Shown here piece after piece: positions 1 to 8,225 of a DNA stretch of 64,000 bases (position 1 is its first letter; each line of letters starts with the position of its first letter). Made by a program: the position numbers and the translations under genes. This stretch comes from Candidatus Limnocylindrales bacterium (lineage in GTDB: Bacteria > Chloroflexota > Limnocylindria > Limnocylindrales > CSP1-4). The stretch spans positions 560 through 64,559 of the forward strand of contig DATCGV010000044.1 in assembly GCA_036508755.1 (NCBI GenBank), in the 5' to 3' direction. The notes beneath the pieces were generated by a model. The model was not told where the DNA came from. It saw only the letters and a list, made by a program, of their open reading frames with translations, and did not search any database.

Positions 1-277
1 GTCCGTCAGCCCACGTCGGTTGGAGCGCGTAGCTGCCGACGAGCTGGATGTCGGTCAGCTGCGTCTGGGCCGCCATCAGCGTGGGGTTCGAGTCGAGCCA
101 GCCGGGGATGCCGGCCTCGCCCCGACAATAGGCACACGGGCACAGCCAGCGCATGGTGACGAAGTCGTAGCGCGACAGGTGACCGTCCGGCCACTCGAGC
201 TCGAGGACCGAGGCGGCGCGGTCGGCGTGGATGCGGACGGGGACGAGATACTCGCCGCCCGAGGTGAAGGAGCTCAT
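1..277 (-). CDS. DUF971 family protein, partial (C-terminus lies beyond the window start)
   Basis: Not in the ORF track. ATG at 277..275; manual translation gives MSSFTSGGEYLVPVRIHADRAASVLELEWPDGHLSRYDFVTMRWLCPCAYCRGE...VGSYALQPTWADG, matching the DUF971 signature (W.DGH...Y......LR..CPCA.C..E ... G.YAL...W.DG). Its ATG overlaps the TGA of the upstream gene (ATGA). Confidence 0.55.
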   Translation of the reverse strand, partial: MSSFTSGGEYLVPVRIHADRAASVLELEWPDGHLSRYDFVTMRWLCPCAYCRGEAGIPGWLDSNPTLMAAQTQLTDIQLVGSYALQPTWADG

Positions 278-1104
278 CGCAGCAATGGTGGCAGCCACAG
301 GTAATCGCGCACGGGCAGCGTCCTGGCGAGCTGTTGGAAGACCCAGATCCAGCCCAGCGCCGACTGGATGTCGGGTGTGTCGGCGCCCGGCCCGGCGTGG
401 CTCGCGCTGCTGGCCTTGGGCACGATCGTGACGTACTTTCCGTACCAGATTGTCTGGCCTGGCTCGACGTACGCGTCGAACTTGCGCGCGAGGTCCTGGC
501 TGCTGATCCAGGTCCCCGGACCCGGATCGAAATGCGCTCCGTTGAGCGTGCCAGTCGGCCAGAGCGGGCCGACGACCTCAACCTGTGTGACCGTGAAGTC
601 TGTCGTCGTGGCCGGGTCGGCAGTCGCCGTAAAGCCGGTCATGATCCACGCATGACGCCCGAAGTGAACGAGCAGGCCGACCGGCTTGCCCGTCTCGCGC
701 AGCTGCAGCGCAGCGTCGTGCAGGGCGCTCTGCATCGTCGAATCGATCGTCCAGCCGTAGTCGGAACCCGCGCCGTAGTGGACGAGCGCATCGGCCCAGC
801 CCTGCGGATCCGCGCCGCCGTCCTCGACCGGGTACTTGCTGTGCGCGGAGGCATAGGCGAGGTAGTTGAGCTGCCGGCTCTTCGAGTGATCGCGCGTGCC
901 GTCGATGAGGTTGAGCATGATCTGCACAGACGCGCCGACGCACGAAGCGTCGAGGAACTGGGTCGCGAAGGCGCCTGCGCGCCAGATGCTGTAGCGGCCG
1001 GTCCACGTCGCGGCGCCGGCCGTCCCGGCCGGCGCCGCGACGAGCGCGACGAGCACGAGGCACAGCACGACGACCGGCTTTCGGCCGGTCAGGAGCCTGA
1101 TCAC
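274..1104 (-). CDS. secreted protein with C39-like (papain-fold) cysteine peptidase domain
   Basis: N-terminal signal peptide/TM (VVVLCLVLVALVAAPAGTAGA); Cys in SCVGASVQIMLN and His in GRHAWIMTGF resemble peptidase_C39-like catalytic pair; GTG start at 1104; stop overlaps downstream DUF971 ATG. Confidence 0.45.
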   Translation of the reverse strand: MIRLLTGRKPVVVLCLVLVALVAAPAGTAGAATWTGRYSIWRAGAFATQFLDASCVGASVQIMLNLIDGTRDHSKSRQLNYLAYASAHSKYPVEDGGADPQGWADALVHYGAGSDYGWTIDSTMQSALHDAALQLRETGKPVGLLVHFGRHAWIMTGFTATADPATTTDFTVTQVEVVGPLWPTGTLNGAHFDPGPGTWISSQDLARKFDAYVEPGQTIWYGKYVTIVPKASSASHAGPGADTPDIQSALGWIWVFQQLARTLPVRDYLWLPPLLR

Positions 1105-1166
1105 GGCTCAACGTTAACCAATTCGCGCGCCACGAGCGCCCGCCGCAGTCGCATCATCGTCAGGTC

Positions 1167-2111
1167 ATGACCGAGCGAACCGCGGCGGCAATCGACGTCG
1201 GCAGCAACAGCGTCCATCTTCTCGTCGCGCGCGCCCGGCGCGCCGTGCGCCTCGGAACGCGCACGGACCTGATCGCGCTCGCCGACGAGAGCGAGCTGAT
1301 CGGCCTGGGCGATTCGGTTGACGCGGGCGGCAGCATCCCGCCCGGGCCGCTCGATCTCGTGGTGGCGGCGCTCGAGCGGCAGGTATCCGTGGCGCGCAGC
1401 GCCGGCGCGGAACGCATCGTCATCGTCGGCACCGAGCCGCTGCGCCGGGCTTCCAACACGAGCACGCTCATCCTCGCCGTCGAGCGCGGGCTGGGCGAGG
1501 AGCTGCGCGTGATCGACGTCCGACAGGAGGCCCAGCTGACGTTCGTCGGCGTGTGCGGCGGCACGAATCCTGACGAAGCGCTGGCGGTAGTCGACATCGG
1601 CGGTGGCTCGACCGAGGTCGCGATCCACGTGCCTGGACGAGAGCTCGAGGTAGTTCCCCTGCCGCTCGGTTCGGCGCGCCTGACGAACTCCCTCGTGCGC
1701 CACGATCCGCCGACGAGCGACGAGATCGCGTCGCTCATCAAGGCAGCCGTGAGCGTCGTTCACGACGCTGCGTGGCCCAAGAACGATGGGCCGCCCATCC
1801 GGCGGGCGATCTTCGTGGGCGGCACCGCGACCAACGTCGCGCGCCTGGGCCGCCTCGACCGCGCCCATCTCAACGAGGACCTGAACACGATCGGTCAGAT
1901 GCCCGCCGACACGGTCGTCGAGCACTTCGGAGTGCGGCCGCGCCGCGCTCGCCAGCTCGCGGCGGGCGTTGCGATCGTGTCGGCGCTGCTCGACCGCTTC
2001 CTGCTTGGTGTGGCCGACGTGAGCGAAGCCAGCCTGCGCGACGGCGCGATCATCGCCGCCCTGGCGCGCGGCCCGGACTGGCTCGCGGCAGTCGACGAGC
2101 TGACGAGCTGA
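1167..2111 (+). CDS. Ppx/GppA family phosphatase (short exopolyphosphatase/pppGpp phosphohydrolase type)
   Basis: N-terminal AAIDVGSNSVHLLVA and DIGGGSTE motifs typical of Ppx/GppA actin-fold phosphatases; ATG at 1167; 314 aa. Confidence 0.8.
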   Translation: MTERTAAAIDVGSNSVHLLVARARRAVRLGTRTDLIALADESELIGLGDSVDAGGSIPPGPLDLVVAALERQVSVARSAGAERIVIVGTEPLRRASNTSTLILAVERGLGEELRVIDVRQEAQLTFVGVCGGTNPDEALAVVDIGGGSTEVAIHVPGRELEVVPLPLGSARLTNSLVRHDPPTSDEIASLIKAAVSVVHDAAWPKNDGPPIRRAIFVGGTATNVARLGRLDRAHLNEDLNTIGQMPADTVVEHFGVRPRRARQLAAGVAIVSALLDRFLLGVADVSEASLRDGAIIAALARGPDWLAAVDELTS

Positions 2112-2128
2112 CGAGCCGACGGGCTGAT

Positions 2129-2413
2129 TCAGTCGCCCACCTGCGCGAGCCAGTCGCGCAGCGGCCCAAGCGCGGCCTTTTCGGCGTAATGACGGCGCAG
2201 CCGGCCCGTAGCCATGGTCTGGATCAGGCCCGCCTCGCGCAGCACCGTGAGGTGCTTCATGACCGCCCAGCGCGTGATCGAGCTCGCACGCGAGGTCAGT
2301 TGCGAGGTCGTGATGCCGGGCTGCGCGGCGATCGTTTCGAACAGGGCACGACGCGTCGGATCGGCTAGGGCAGCTAGCAGTTCGTCGATGTGAATGCTGC
2401 GCACAATCGTCAT
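2129..2413 (-). CDS. ArsR/SmtB family transcriptional regulator
   Basis: 94 aa; LADPTRRALFETI...TSQLTS...AVMKHLTVLREAGLI winged-HTH typical of ArsR family; ATG at 2413. Confidence 0.75.
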   Translation of the reverse strand: MTIVRSIHIDELLAALADPTRRALFETIAAQPGITTSQLTSRASSITRWAVMKHLTVLREAGLIQTMATGRLRRHYAEKAALGPLRDWLAQVGD

Positions 2414-2431
2414 GTGACGTTATGGTCACAT
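2412..2431. promoter_or_regulatory. perfect 7-6-7 inverted repeat ATGTGAC-gttatg-GTCACAT overlapping the ArsR start codon, in the 31-bp divergent gap to deoC; candidate ArsR-family operator
   Basis: Seen directly in sequence at 2412-2431; ArsR/SmtB regulators commonly bind imperfect 12-2-12-like palindromes overlapping their own promoter. Confidence 0.45.
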
Positions 2432-2444
2432 AGTTTGCGCTGAG

Positions 2445-3491
2445 TTGTCAACCGTTCAGGGCGCGCGCTCGCCTTGCGGACAGGTCGTGGCGTATGATCG
2501 GGTCGTGACGCGCATCATCGACGCACCCGACAAGTCCTCCTCGGAACGCCAGGCGAGCGCGCTCGTGCGCGCCTGGGAGGGTCGGGCCGACGGCATCCAG
2601 TCGATCGTCGAGCGTCTCGGCGGGGTCGACCAGGTGGGCATCGAGGAGCGCGTCGACAGCCTCAAGAAGCGATCGATCAAGAAGGAATCCAAGCTCTGGG
2701 CGCTCGACCTCGCGATCCGGATGATGGACCTGACGACGCTCGAGGGGAAGGACACCGAGGGCAAGGTGCGCGCGATGTGCGCCAAGGCGATCCGCCCTGA
2801 TCCATCAGATCCAACCATCCCGAGCGTCGCCGCAGTGTGCATCTATCCGGCGCTGATATCGGTCGCCAAGAGCGCCCTCGAGGGCTCGAATGTGAAGGTC
2901 GCCAGCGTCGCCACGGGCTTCCCGTCAGGCCAGACGTTCACCGACGTCAAGCTGCTCGAAACGCGCCAGGCGGTTGTCGCCGGCGCAGACGAGATCGACA
3001 TGGTCATCGATCGCGGCGCTTTCCTGCAGGGTGACTACCGCCACGTGTTCGATGAGATCGTCGCTGTCAAGGAAGCGTGCGGATCGGCTCACCTGAAAGT
3101 CATCCTCGAAACCGGCGAGCTCGAAACGTACGACAACGTCCGCCGTGCGAGCATCCTGGCGATGGCCGCCGGGGCGGACTTCATCAAGACCTCGACGGGC
3201 AAGGTCACCCCGGCGGCGACGATGCCGGTGATGCTCGTCATGCTCGAGGCGATCCGCGACTTCAACAGGCGGACCGGTCGGCTGGTCGGCATGAAGCCAG
3301 CTGGCGGCATCCGCACGGCCAAGGAAGCGATCCAGTTCCTGACGATCCTGTACGAGACGCTCGGTCCGCGCTGGATGACGCCCGATTTGTTCCGGTTCGG
3401 CGTGAGCAGCCTGCTCAACGATGTGCTGATGCAGATCCGCAAGGAGCGCACGGGCGCCTACCAGGGACCCGACTACTTCACGCTCGACTGA
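2445..3491 (+). CDS. deoC: deoxyribose-phosphate aldolase, long form with about 100 aa N-terminal extension
   Basis: Core DeoC features: MMDLTTLEG..., active-site FIKTSTGK (Schiff-base Lys) and AGGIRT; ORF start at 2445 is TTG, true start uncertain (alternative GTG near 2500). Confidence 0.75.
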   Translation: MSTVQGARSPCGQVVAYDRVVTRIIDAPDKSSSERQASALVRAWEGRADGIQSIVERLGGVDQVGIEERVDSLKKRSIKKESKLWALDLAIRMMDLTTLEGKDTEGKVRAMCAKAIRPDPSDPTIPSVAAVCIYPALISVAKSALEGSNVKVASVATGFPSGQTFTDVKLLETRQAVVAGADEIDMVIDRGAFLQGDYRHVFDEIVAVKEACGSAHLKVILETGELETYDNVRRASILAMAAGADFIKTSTGKVTPAATMPVMLVMLEAIRDFNRRTGRLVGMKPAGGIRTAKEAIQFLTILYETLGPRWMTPDLFRFGVSSLLNDVLMQIRKERTGAYQGPDYFTLD

Positions 3492-3530
3492 GTCGCCACC
3501 GCGGCGAGCCCGGAGGTAATCGGACCCCGC

Positions 3531-4070
3531 TCAGTCGGAGCGAAGCCTCGAATAGATGACCAGGTCGTGGTAGGCGCCGCCGCGGAACTGCGACCCGCGG
3601 TTGACGCCCTCGCGCGTGAAGCCGGCCTTCTCGAGGGCATGCTGCTCGGGCAGGTTGTCGATGTCCGTCTGCGCCTCGACTCGGTTGGCGTTGGTCGAGA
3701 CGAACAGCCAAGCGGCGAGCAGCCGTTGTGCGTCCGATCCGTAGCCGTGTCCGCGCGCCGCGGGCACGAGATCGATGCCGATGTTCCACGCGCGCGAATC
3801 GTCGGGCGGTCCGTAGTGCACTGCGCGCCATTGGACGGTGCCGACCGGCTCATGGTCGAGGCGCTCCACGATCAGCGTGCCGTTGTAGTCATTGCGCAGC
3901 GGCCCACGAGCGAGAACGTCGCGCGGCGTGCGGCCGATGGGCTGGCCGAAGTCGTTGAAGCCGCCGATGTCGCGCTGCTCGTTGAGCCAGTCGACCAGCT
4001 CAGCGTCGTTGAGGGTGAGGTCACGCAGCCGGACGAGCAGGCCCTCGACCGGCAGGCGAGCGTCAGTCAT
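3531..4070 (-). CDS. GNAT family N-acetyltransferase
   Basis: Acetyl-CoA binding-like region RGHGYGSDAQRLLAAWLF; ATG at 4070 overlaps the TGA of the upstream ketosynthase (ATGACTGA); the track start at 4097 would give a longer overlap. Confidence 0.7.
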   Translation of the reverse strand: MTDARLPVEGLLVRLRDLTLNDAELVDWLNEQRDIGGFNDFGQPIGRTPRDVLARGPLRNDYNGTLIVERLDHEPVGTVQWRAVHYGPPDDSRAWNIGIDLVPAARGHGYGSDAQRLLAAWLFVSTNANRVEAQTDIDNLPEQHALEKAGFTREGVNRGSQFRGGAYHDLVIYSRLRSD

Positions 4071-5331
4071 CGACGGCGGCAAAGGCCAGCGAGGCATTCA
4101 GGCCACCGAAGCCGAACGAGGTGGACAGCACGCCCCTGATCGTGCCCTCCAGCGGCACGGCGCGCAGGCCCGGCAAAGCGGCGGCTGCGCCGGGGTCGAC
4201 GTGCTCGAGGTTGACCGTCCCGGGTGCCCAGCCACGGTCGATGGCCAGGGCCGAGATGGCGGCCTCGATCGCGCCCGACGCACCGAGCGGGTGCCCGTAA
4301 TAGGCCTTTGTGCCACTGACCGGGACGGTTTGCGCGCGCGCGCCAAGGGCACGGGCGATGGCGCGCGCCTCGACCTCGTCGCCGAGCGGTGTCGACGACG
4401 CGTGGGCATTGACGTAGTCGATCTGCACCGCCTTCATGCGGCCGTCGGCGAGGGCGAGGCGCGCTGCGCGCGCGGCCTGGCGGCCATCGGGCCGCGGCTG
4501 AACCATGTGAAAGGCATCGCTCGTCGCCGCGTACCCGCGCAGCTCGGCGTAGGGCCGCGCGCCACGCCTCCGCGCGACAGGTTCGGCCTCGAGGACGAGG
4601 AGCGCGGCGCCCTCGCCCATGACGAAGCCGTCCCGGTCGGCATCGAACGGCCGCGCCGCGCTCGCGGGGGCGTCGTTCCGGCCCGCGCTCAGGGCGCGAA
4701 TGATGTCGAAGGCTCCAAATGCAAGCGGGCTGAGGGGCACTTCCACGCCTCCCGCGAGCGCGGCGTCCGCGCTTCCAGAGCGGATCAGCCTGAGTGCCTC
4801 GCCGATCGCCACTGCCCCGGCGGCGCACGAGTTGGCCGTCGACAGGATCGGGCCATGGAGTCCGAGAGCAATGCCCACGTTGGCCGGCGCGGCGCCGCCG
4901 AAGACGGCGAGGGCAAGGTTGGGCGCCACGGACCTGATGCCACGGGCGATGTAGCGCTCGTGCTGCTGCTCGGCATACGCGATCCCGCCCAGGGCCGACC
5001 CGACGTAGACCGCGAAGCGGTCGGCACGGGCGGCTCCGCGCTGGCCAACCTCGAGGCCCGCGTCGAGCAGTGCCAGCCGCCCGGCCGCGAGCGCGAACTG
5101 GCTGAAGCGGTCCGTCTGCCGGGCGGCGCGGGCGTCCATGAAGTCGGTCGGCTCGAAATCGTCGATCTGGGCGGCGACCTGCGAGCGGAACGGAGCTGGA
5201 TCGAAGCGGTCGATGCGCTTGACCGCAGACCTGCCGGCGTGCAGGCCGGCTAGGAAGGCGTCGCGACCGATGCCGATCGGCGTGACGACTCCGATGCCCG
5301 TGATCCACACGCGGCGCGACCTGTCGCTCAC
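4063..5331 (-). CDS. beta-ketoacyl-ACP synthase I/II family condensing enzyme (FabF-like)
   Basis: RRVWITGIGVVTPIG N-terminus; catalytic Cys (LSTANSCAAGAVAIGEA), His (VNAHASSTPLGD) and His (YYGHPLGASG) triad present; C-terminal FGFGGLNASL. The first 136 aa of the track ORF look non-coding. Chosen start is GTG at 5331 in a GTGA overlap with the SRPBCC stop. Confidence 0.8.
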   Translation of the reverse strand: MSDRSRRVWITGIGVVTPIGIGRDAFLAGLHAGRSAVKRIDRFDPAPFRSQVAAQIDDFEPTDFMDARAARQTDRFSQFALAAGRLALLDAGLEVGQRGAARADRFAVYVGSALGGIAYAEQQHERYIARGIRSVAPNLALAVFGGAAPANVGIALGLHGPILSTANSCAAGAVAIGEALRLIRSGSADAALAGGVEVPLSPLAFGAFDIIRALSAGRNDAPASAARPFDADRDGFVMGEGAALLVLEAEPVARRRGARPYAELRGYAATSDAFHMVQPRPDGRQAARAARLALADGRMKAVQIDYVNAHASSTPLGDEVEARAIARALGARAQTVPVSGTKAYYGHPLGASGAIEAAISALAIDRGWAPGTVNLEHVDPGAAAALPGLRAVPLEGTIRGVLSTSFGFGGLNASLAFAAVDD

Positions 5332-5813
5332 GTCGCGCTCGTCCCGGTCGGTGTCTGCTCGGCGATCTGCTTGAACCTTGCCAGCGTGCGGCCGGCGATG
5401 GGTCGTACGAACCAGCGATCGGCGATGCGCGGGAACAGCTCGTCGCCGAGGAGCGGGAGGTGGCGCGTGAAGTCGTGCACGATCGCCACGTTCGAGCCGT
5501 GCAGGCCGGCAGGCGTGATGTGCCAGGTCACGTCCATGCCCCGTGTCGGACCGCAGGTGTGGACGAAGCGCAGACGAAGGTCGGCTGGGTCCGAAGCGTC
5601 GGCCCAGGTTCGTGCCCGCCAGCTCACGGGAACTCCCAGCGGCCCGAATCGGCGCGTCGCTTTCATCCTCGCTTCTGTCTCGTCGCCGTTGCGTGACAGG
5701 ACGGTCACCTGTCGGTAATGCGGCAGCAGCTCGGGCCATCGGCCGACGTCCCGGGCGAGCTCGAAGACTCGCTCGCCCGGCGCGTCGACGCTGATCTCAA
5801 TCCGCGAGCGCAA
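5328..5813 (-). CDS. SRPBCC superfamily protein (polyketide cyclase/dehydrase-like, Polyketide_cyc2-type)
   Basis: IEISVDAPGERVFELARDVGRWPELLPHYRQVTV...WHITPAG... pattern typical of SRPBCC/polyketide_cyc2; probable TTG start at 5813 (MRSRIEISV) overlapping the NUDIX stop; start uncertain. Confidence 0.6.
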   Translation of the reverse strand: MRSRIEISVDAPGERVFELARDVGRWPELLPHYRQVTVLSRNGDETEARMKATRRFGPLGVPVSWRARTWADASDPADLRLRFVHTCGPTRGMDVTWHITPAGLHGSNVAIVHDFTRHLPLLGDELFPRIADRWFVRPIAGRTLARFKQIAEQTPTGTSAT

Positions 5814-6234
5814 CTTCTGACGCTTCCAGGTATTCGAGCGTTGGTGCCAGGAGCGGCACGATGGGCAGCTCGCGCACCTCCGACAGCGGTACCCACGCCG
5901 CCATGTCGGTCGACTCCTCGATCTCGTGACGGATCGAGCCGCCCGTGATGCGCACGAGGTAGACGATCTGGATGCCGTGGAATGGGCCCCAGCCGCGCTC
6001 GGGTAGCGGGCCGCGAGTCCATGAGCCGACAAACGCGAGGCGCTCGATCTCGCCGGTCAGCCCCGTCTCCTCCTCGAGCTCCCGGCGCACGGCAAGAGCA
6101 GGGTCCTCACCGAAGTGGATGCCACCGCCGGGCAGGGTCCACATACCGACCGACGGGTAGCCCGGCGCGATGCGCACCATCAGGAGCTGCTGAGCCTCGT
6201 CGACGACTACCGCGTAGGCCGCGATGCGCGTCAT
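5797..6234 (-). CDS. NUDIX hydrolase
   Basis: Nudix box GGGIHFGEDPALAVRRELEEETGL (GX5EX7REUXEEXGU); ATG at 6234 verified; 145 aa. Confidence 0.75.
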   Translation of the reverse strand: MTRIAAYAVVVDEAQQLLMVRIAPGYPSVGMWTLPGGGIHFGEDPALAVRRELEEETGLTGEIERLAFVGSWTRGPLPERGWGPFHGIQIVYLVRITGGSIRHEIEESTDMAAWVPLSEVRELPIVPLLAPTLEYLEASEVALAD

Positions 6235-6257
6235 CGGCGCCAGTTCGGGCTGGTCGC

Positions 6258-7484
6258 TCACGGTGCGAGGACTCGGGCGAGGAAACGTGGGTCGAGCGCC
6301 TTGCTCGCCGGCGCCTGGTCGGCGAGCACGGCCGTCAGCTGCTGGCGCAGGTCGACGCGCCGTTCGAGTCGGCGCAGCGCGTAATCGAGAACGACTGGCT
6401 TGGCGATGAAAGCCTGCAGCACGAGCGAGAACACGTTCTTGCTCCGAAAACGCGATCGAACCCGACGATCGTAGACCGCCAACGCGTTCCGGTCTGTGGA
6501 CAGCCAGCGGTCGATCGCTTCGGCCGCAAGCGCCGCGGTCACCAGCGCCCGATGGAGGCCTTCTCCGGTGAGCGGGTCGATGAACTCGATAGCGTCGCCG
6601 ACGAGCAGCCAGCCGTGGCCTGCGGCACGAGTCACGTGATGCTCCAGCCGGCCGGCGACCTGTGCTTCGTCCGTCCTTGGCGCCGTCGACCAGCGATGTG
6701 CCTGCGACGCGGCGGCCATCACCTCGTCGACGACCGGTTCGACGCCGCCCTGAAGACGCTCCGTGGGCACGACGATGCCGACGTTGACACGGTCGCCCGG
6801 AACCGGCGCCAGGCCGACGTACCACCCGGCGCCGAGCACGAACGTGCCCGTCATCTGCACTCCCTGTGGCGCCGCGTCCATGTCGCGGACGTGGAAGGTG
6901 ATGCCGGCTCGACCGAGCCAGCTGCGCTCGCTTGCTACGCCCGCGGCACGAGCCACGCGAGATCCGCGGCCATCGGCGCCAACAACGACGCGTGCCTGGA
7001 TCAGTTCGTCGGGCGGCGCCTCACCGCCAGTGGCCGTCGATGCGATGACGAGTTGGTGTGAGTTGCGGCCAGAGCCCAACACCACCTCGCGCACCACACA
7101 TTCGCGGTGAACCTCCGCGCCGGCACGGCCAGCGTGCTCGAGCAGCTCTTGGTCGAGCCGCGTCCGATCAAAACCGCACGCGAAGCCGGCGCGGTACTCG
7201 AGGTTGCAGACCTGCCCGCGCGCCGAACGGAGTTCCATCGCGGAGATCGGGCGGTGCAGATCCGCGACCAGGTCGCGGCCCAGGCCGAGCGCGATCAGTC
7301 GCGAGCGGACGAGGGGAGAGGCGAAGACGCCGCACGCCCGCCAGCGCGGTTTGGCGTGGCGCTCGAGGATTGCCACCCGATAACCGAGCCGCGCGAGATG
7401 GGTCGCTGTCGCCGCGCCGGCCGGGCCGCCGCCCACGATGGCGACATCGACTTCGTCAGCCACCTGCCTGTTGCTCGGGGACAA
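6258..7484 (-). CDS. FAD-dependent oxidoreductase, geranylgeranyl-reductase-like family
   Basis: DVAIVGGGPAGAATATHLARLGYRVAILER dinucleotide-binding motif, GADGRGS and GDAIEFIDPLTGEG motifs; start TTG at 7484 or GTG at 7463 (GTGGCTGA overlap with methyltransferase stop). Confidence 0.7.
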   Translation of the reverse strand: MSPSNRQVADEVDVAIVGGGPAGAATATHLARLGYRVAILERHAKPRWRACGVFASPLVRSRLIALGLGRDLVADLHRPISAMELRSARGQVCNLEYRAGFACGFDRTRLDQELLEHAGRAGAEVHRECVVREVVLGSGRNSHQLVIASTATGGEAPPDELIQARVVVGADGRGSRVARAAGVASERSWLGRAGITFHVRDMDAAPQGVQMTGTFVLGAGWYVGLAPVPGDRVNVGIVVPTERLQGGVEPVVDEVMAAASQAHRWSTAPRTDEAQVAGRLEHHVTRAAGHGWLLVGDAIEFIDPLTGEGLHRALVTAALAAEAIDRWLSTDRNALAVYDRRVRSRFRSKNVFSLVLQAFIAKPVVLDYALRRLERRVDLRQQLTAVLADQAPASKALDPRFLARVLAP

Positions 7485-8136
7485 AGACGAGCGCGTAGCG
7501 GTAACCCGGCCGCGTTCCGTATCGGGCGACCGGCCGCAGCCCGGCCTGCTGCGCCATGCGCACGAGTTCCTTCTCGGTATATGCCCGGCGCACGGACAGT
7601 GGCGCGTCGTGGCGCGTGTACTGGTTGCGCGTTGCGATCCGCGTCAGCAACCACGCGCCGGCCCACCAGCGCCAGCCTCGGTCGAGGTCATTGATCACGA
7701 CCGCCTGTCGACAGACGCGGCGCATGTGGCTCAGGAATGTGACGGCGGCCGACGGCTCGAGATGGTGAATGACCAACGAAGCGTGAACCACGTCGAACGA
7801 GGCGCTGCTCTCGTCGGGTAGCGCACCCTCGCGAACGACGATCCGGCCGCGACCCTCGACGCGCATGGCTGCCGCGACGATCTCGGGCCGAATGTCAGTA
7901 GCCGTGATCTCGCGACCGTCGCGCGCAAGTCGGAGCGGAATATCGGCGCCGCCCGTGCCAACGTCGAGGATGCTCAGCGCGAAGCTGTTCAGCGCCAGCG
8001 GAGCGACCGCGCGCTCCGACAGATCCGCGCCGCCGAGCCAGCGATTTATGCGTGCCAGGTCGCGCAGGTTGCCGGCGAGAAGCTGTTCGTCGAGCCGTCC
8101 GTCGAGAAGCTCATGCCCTCCTTCAAGTCGTCGCAT
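7456..8136 (-). CDS. class I SAM-dependent methyltransferase
   Basis: LDVGTGGADIP (motif I) and FDVVHASLVIHH; ATG at 8136 verified. Confidence 0.7.
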   Translation of the reverse strand: MRRLEGGHELLDGRLDEQLLAGNLRDLARINRWLGGADLSERAVAPLALNSFALSILDVGTGGADIPLRLARDGREITATDIRPEIVAAAMRVEGRGRIVVREGALPDESSASFDVVHASLVIHHLEPSAAVTFLSHMRRVCRQAVVINDLDRGWRWWAGAWLLTRIATRNQYTRHDAPLSVRRAYTEKELVRMAQQAGLRPVARYGTRPGYRYALVFVPEQQAGG

Positions 8137-8163
8137 CGGTGAACTCTAGTCGCTTAGTGCAAC

Positions 8164-8184
8164 AAGTGACGCTTCGGTCACATA
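8164..8184. promoter_or_regulatory. inverted repeat AAGTGAC-gcttcg-GTCACATA in the divergent promoter region between the methyltransferase operon and the aldehyde dehydrogenase operon; same half-sites as the ArsR-proximal palindrome at 2412-2431
   Basis: Seen directly in sequence; shares GTGAC-N6-GTCACATA with the 2412-2431 site. Confidence 0.4.
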
Positions 8185-8225
8185 ATGAGTGGCGCTTTGG
8201 GATCACCGGGTGTAGTGTTGGCCCG

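Noticed and set aside
3892-5253. 453-aa plus-strand ORF rich in Arg/Gly/Asp
   Set aside because: Lies entirely antisense to the well-supported ketosynthase gene; composition typical of GC-rich antisense frames
4063-5739. N-terminal 136 aa of the ketosynthase track ORF
   Set aside because: Arg/His-rich, and would overlap the SRPBCC gene; the GTG at 5331 in a GTGA overlap gives a canonical KAS N-terminus
5982-7061. 359-aa plus-strand ORF
   Set aside because: Antisense to the NUDIX and FAD-oxidoreductase genes; no recognisable domain
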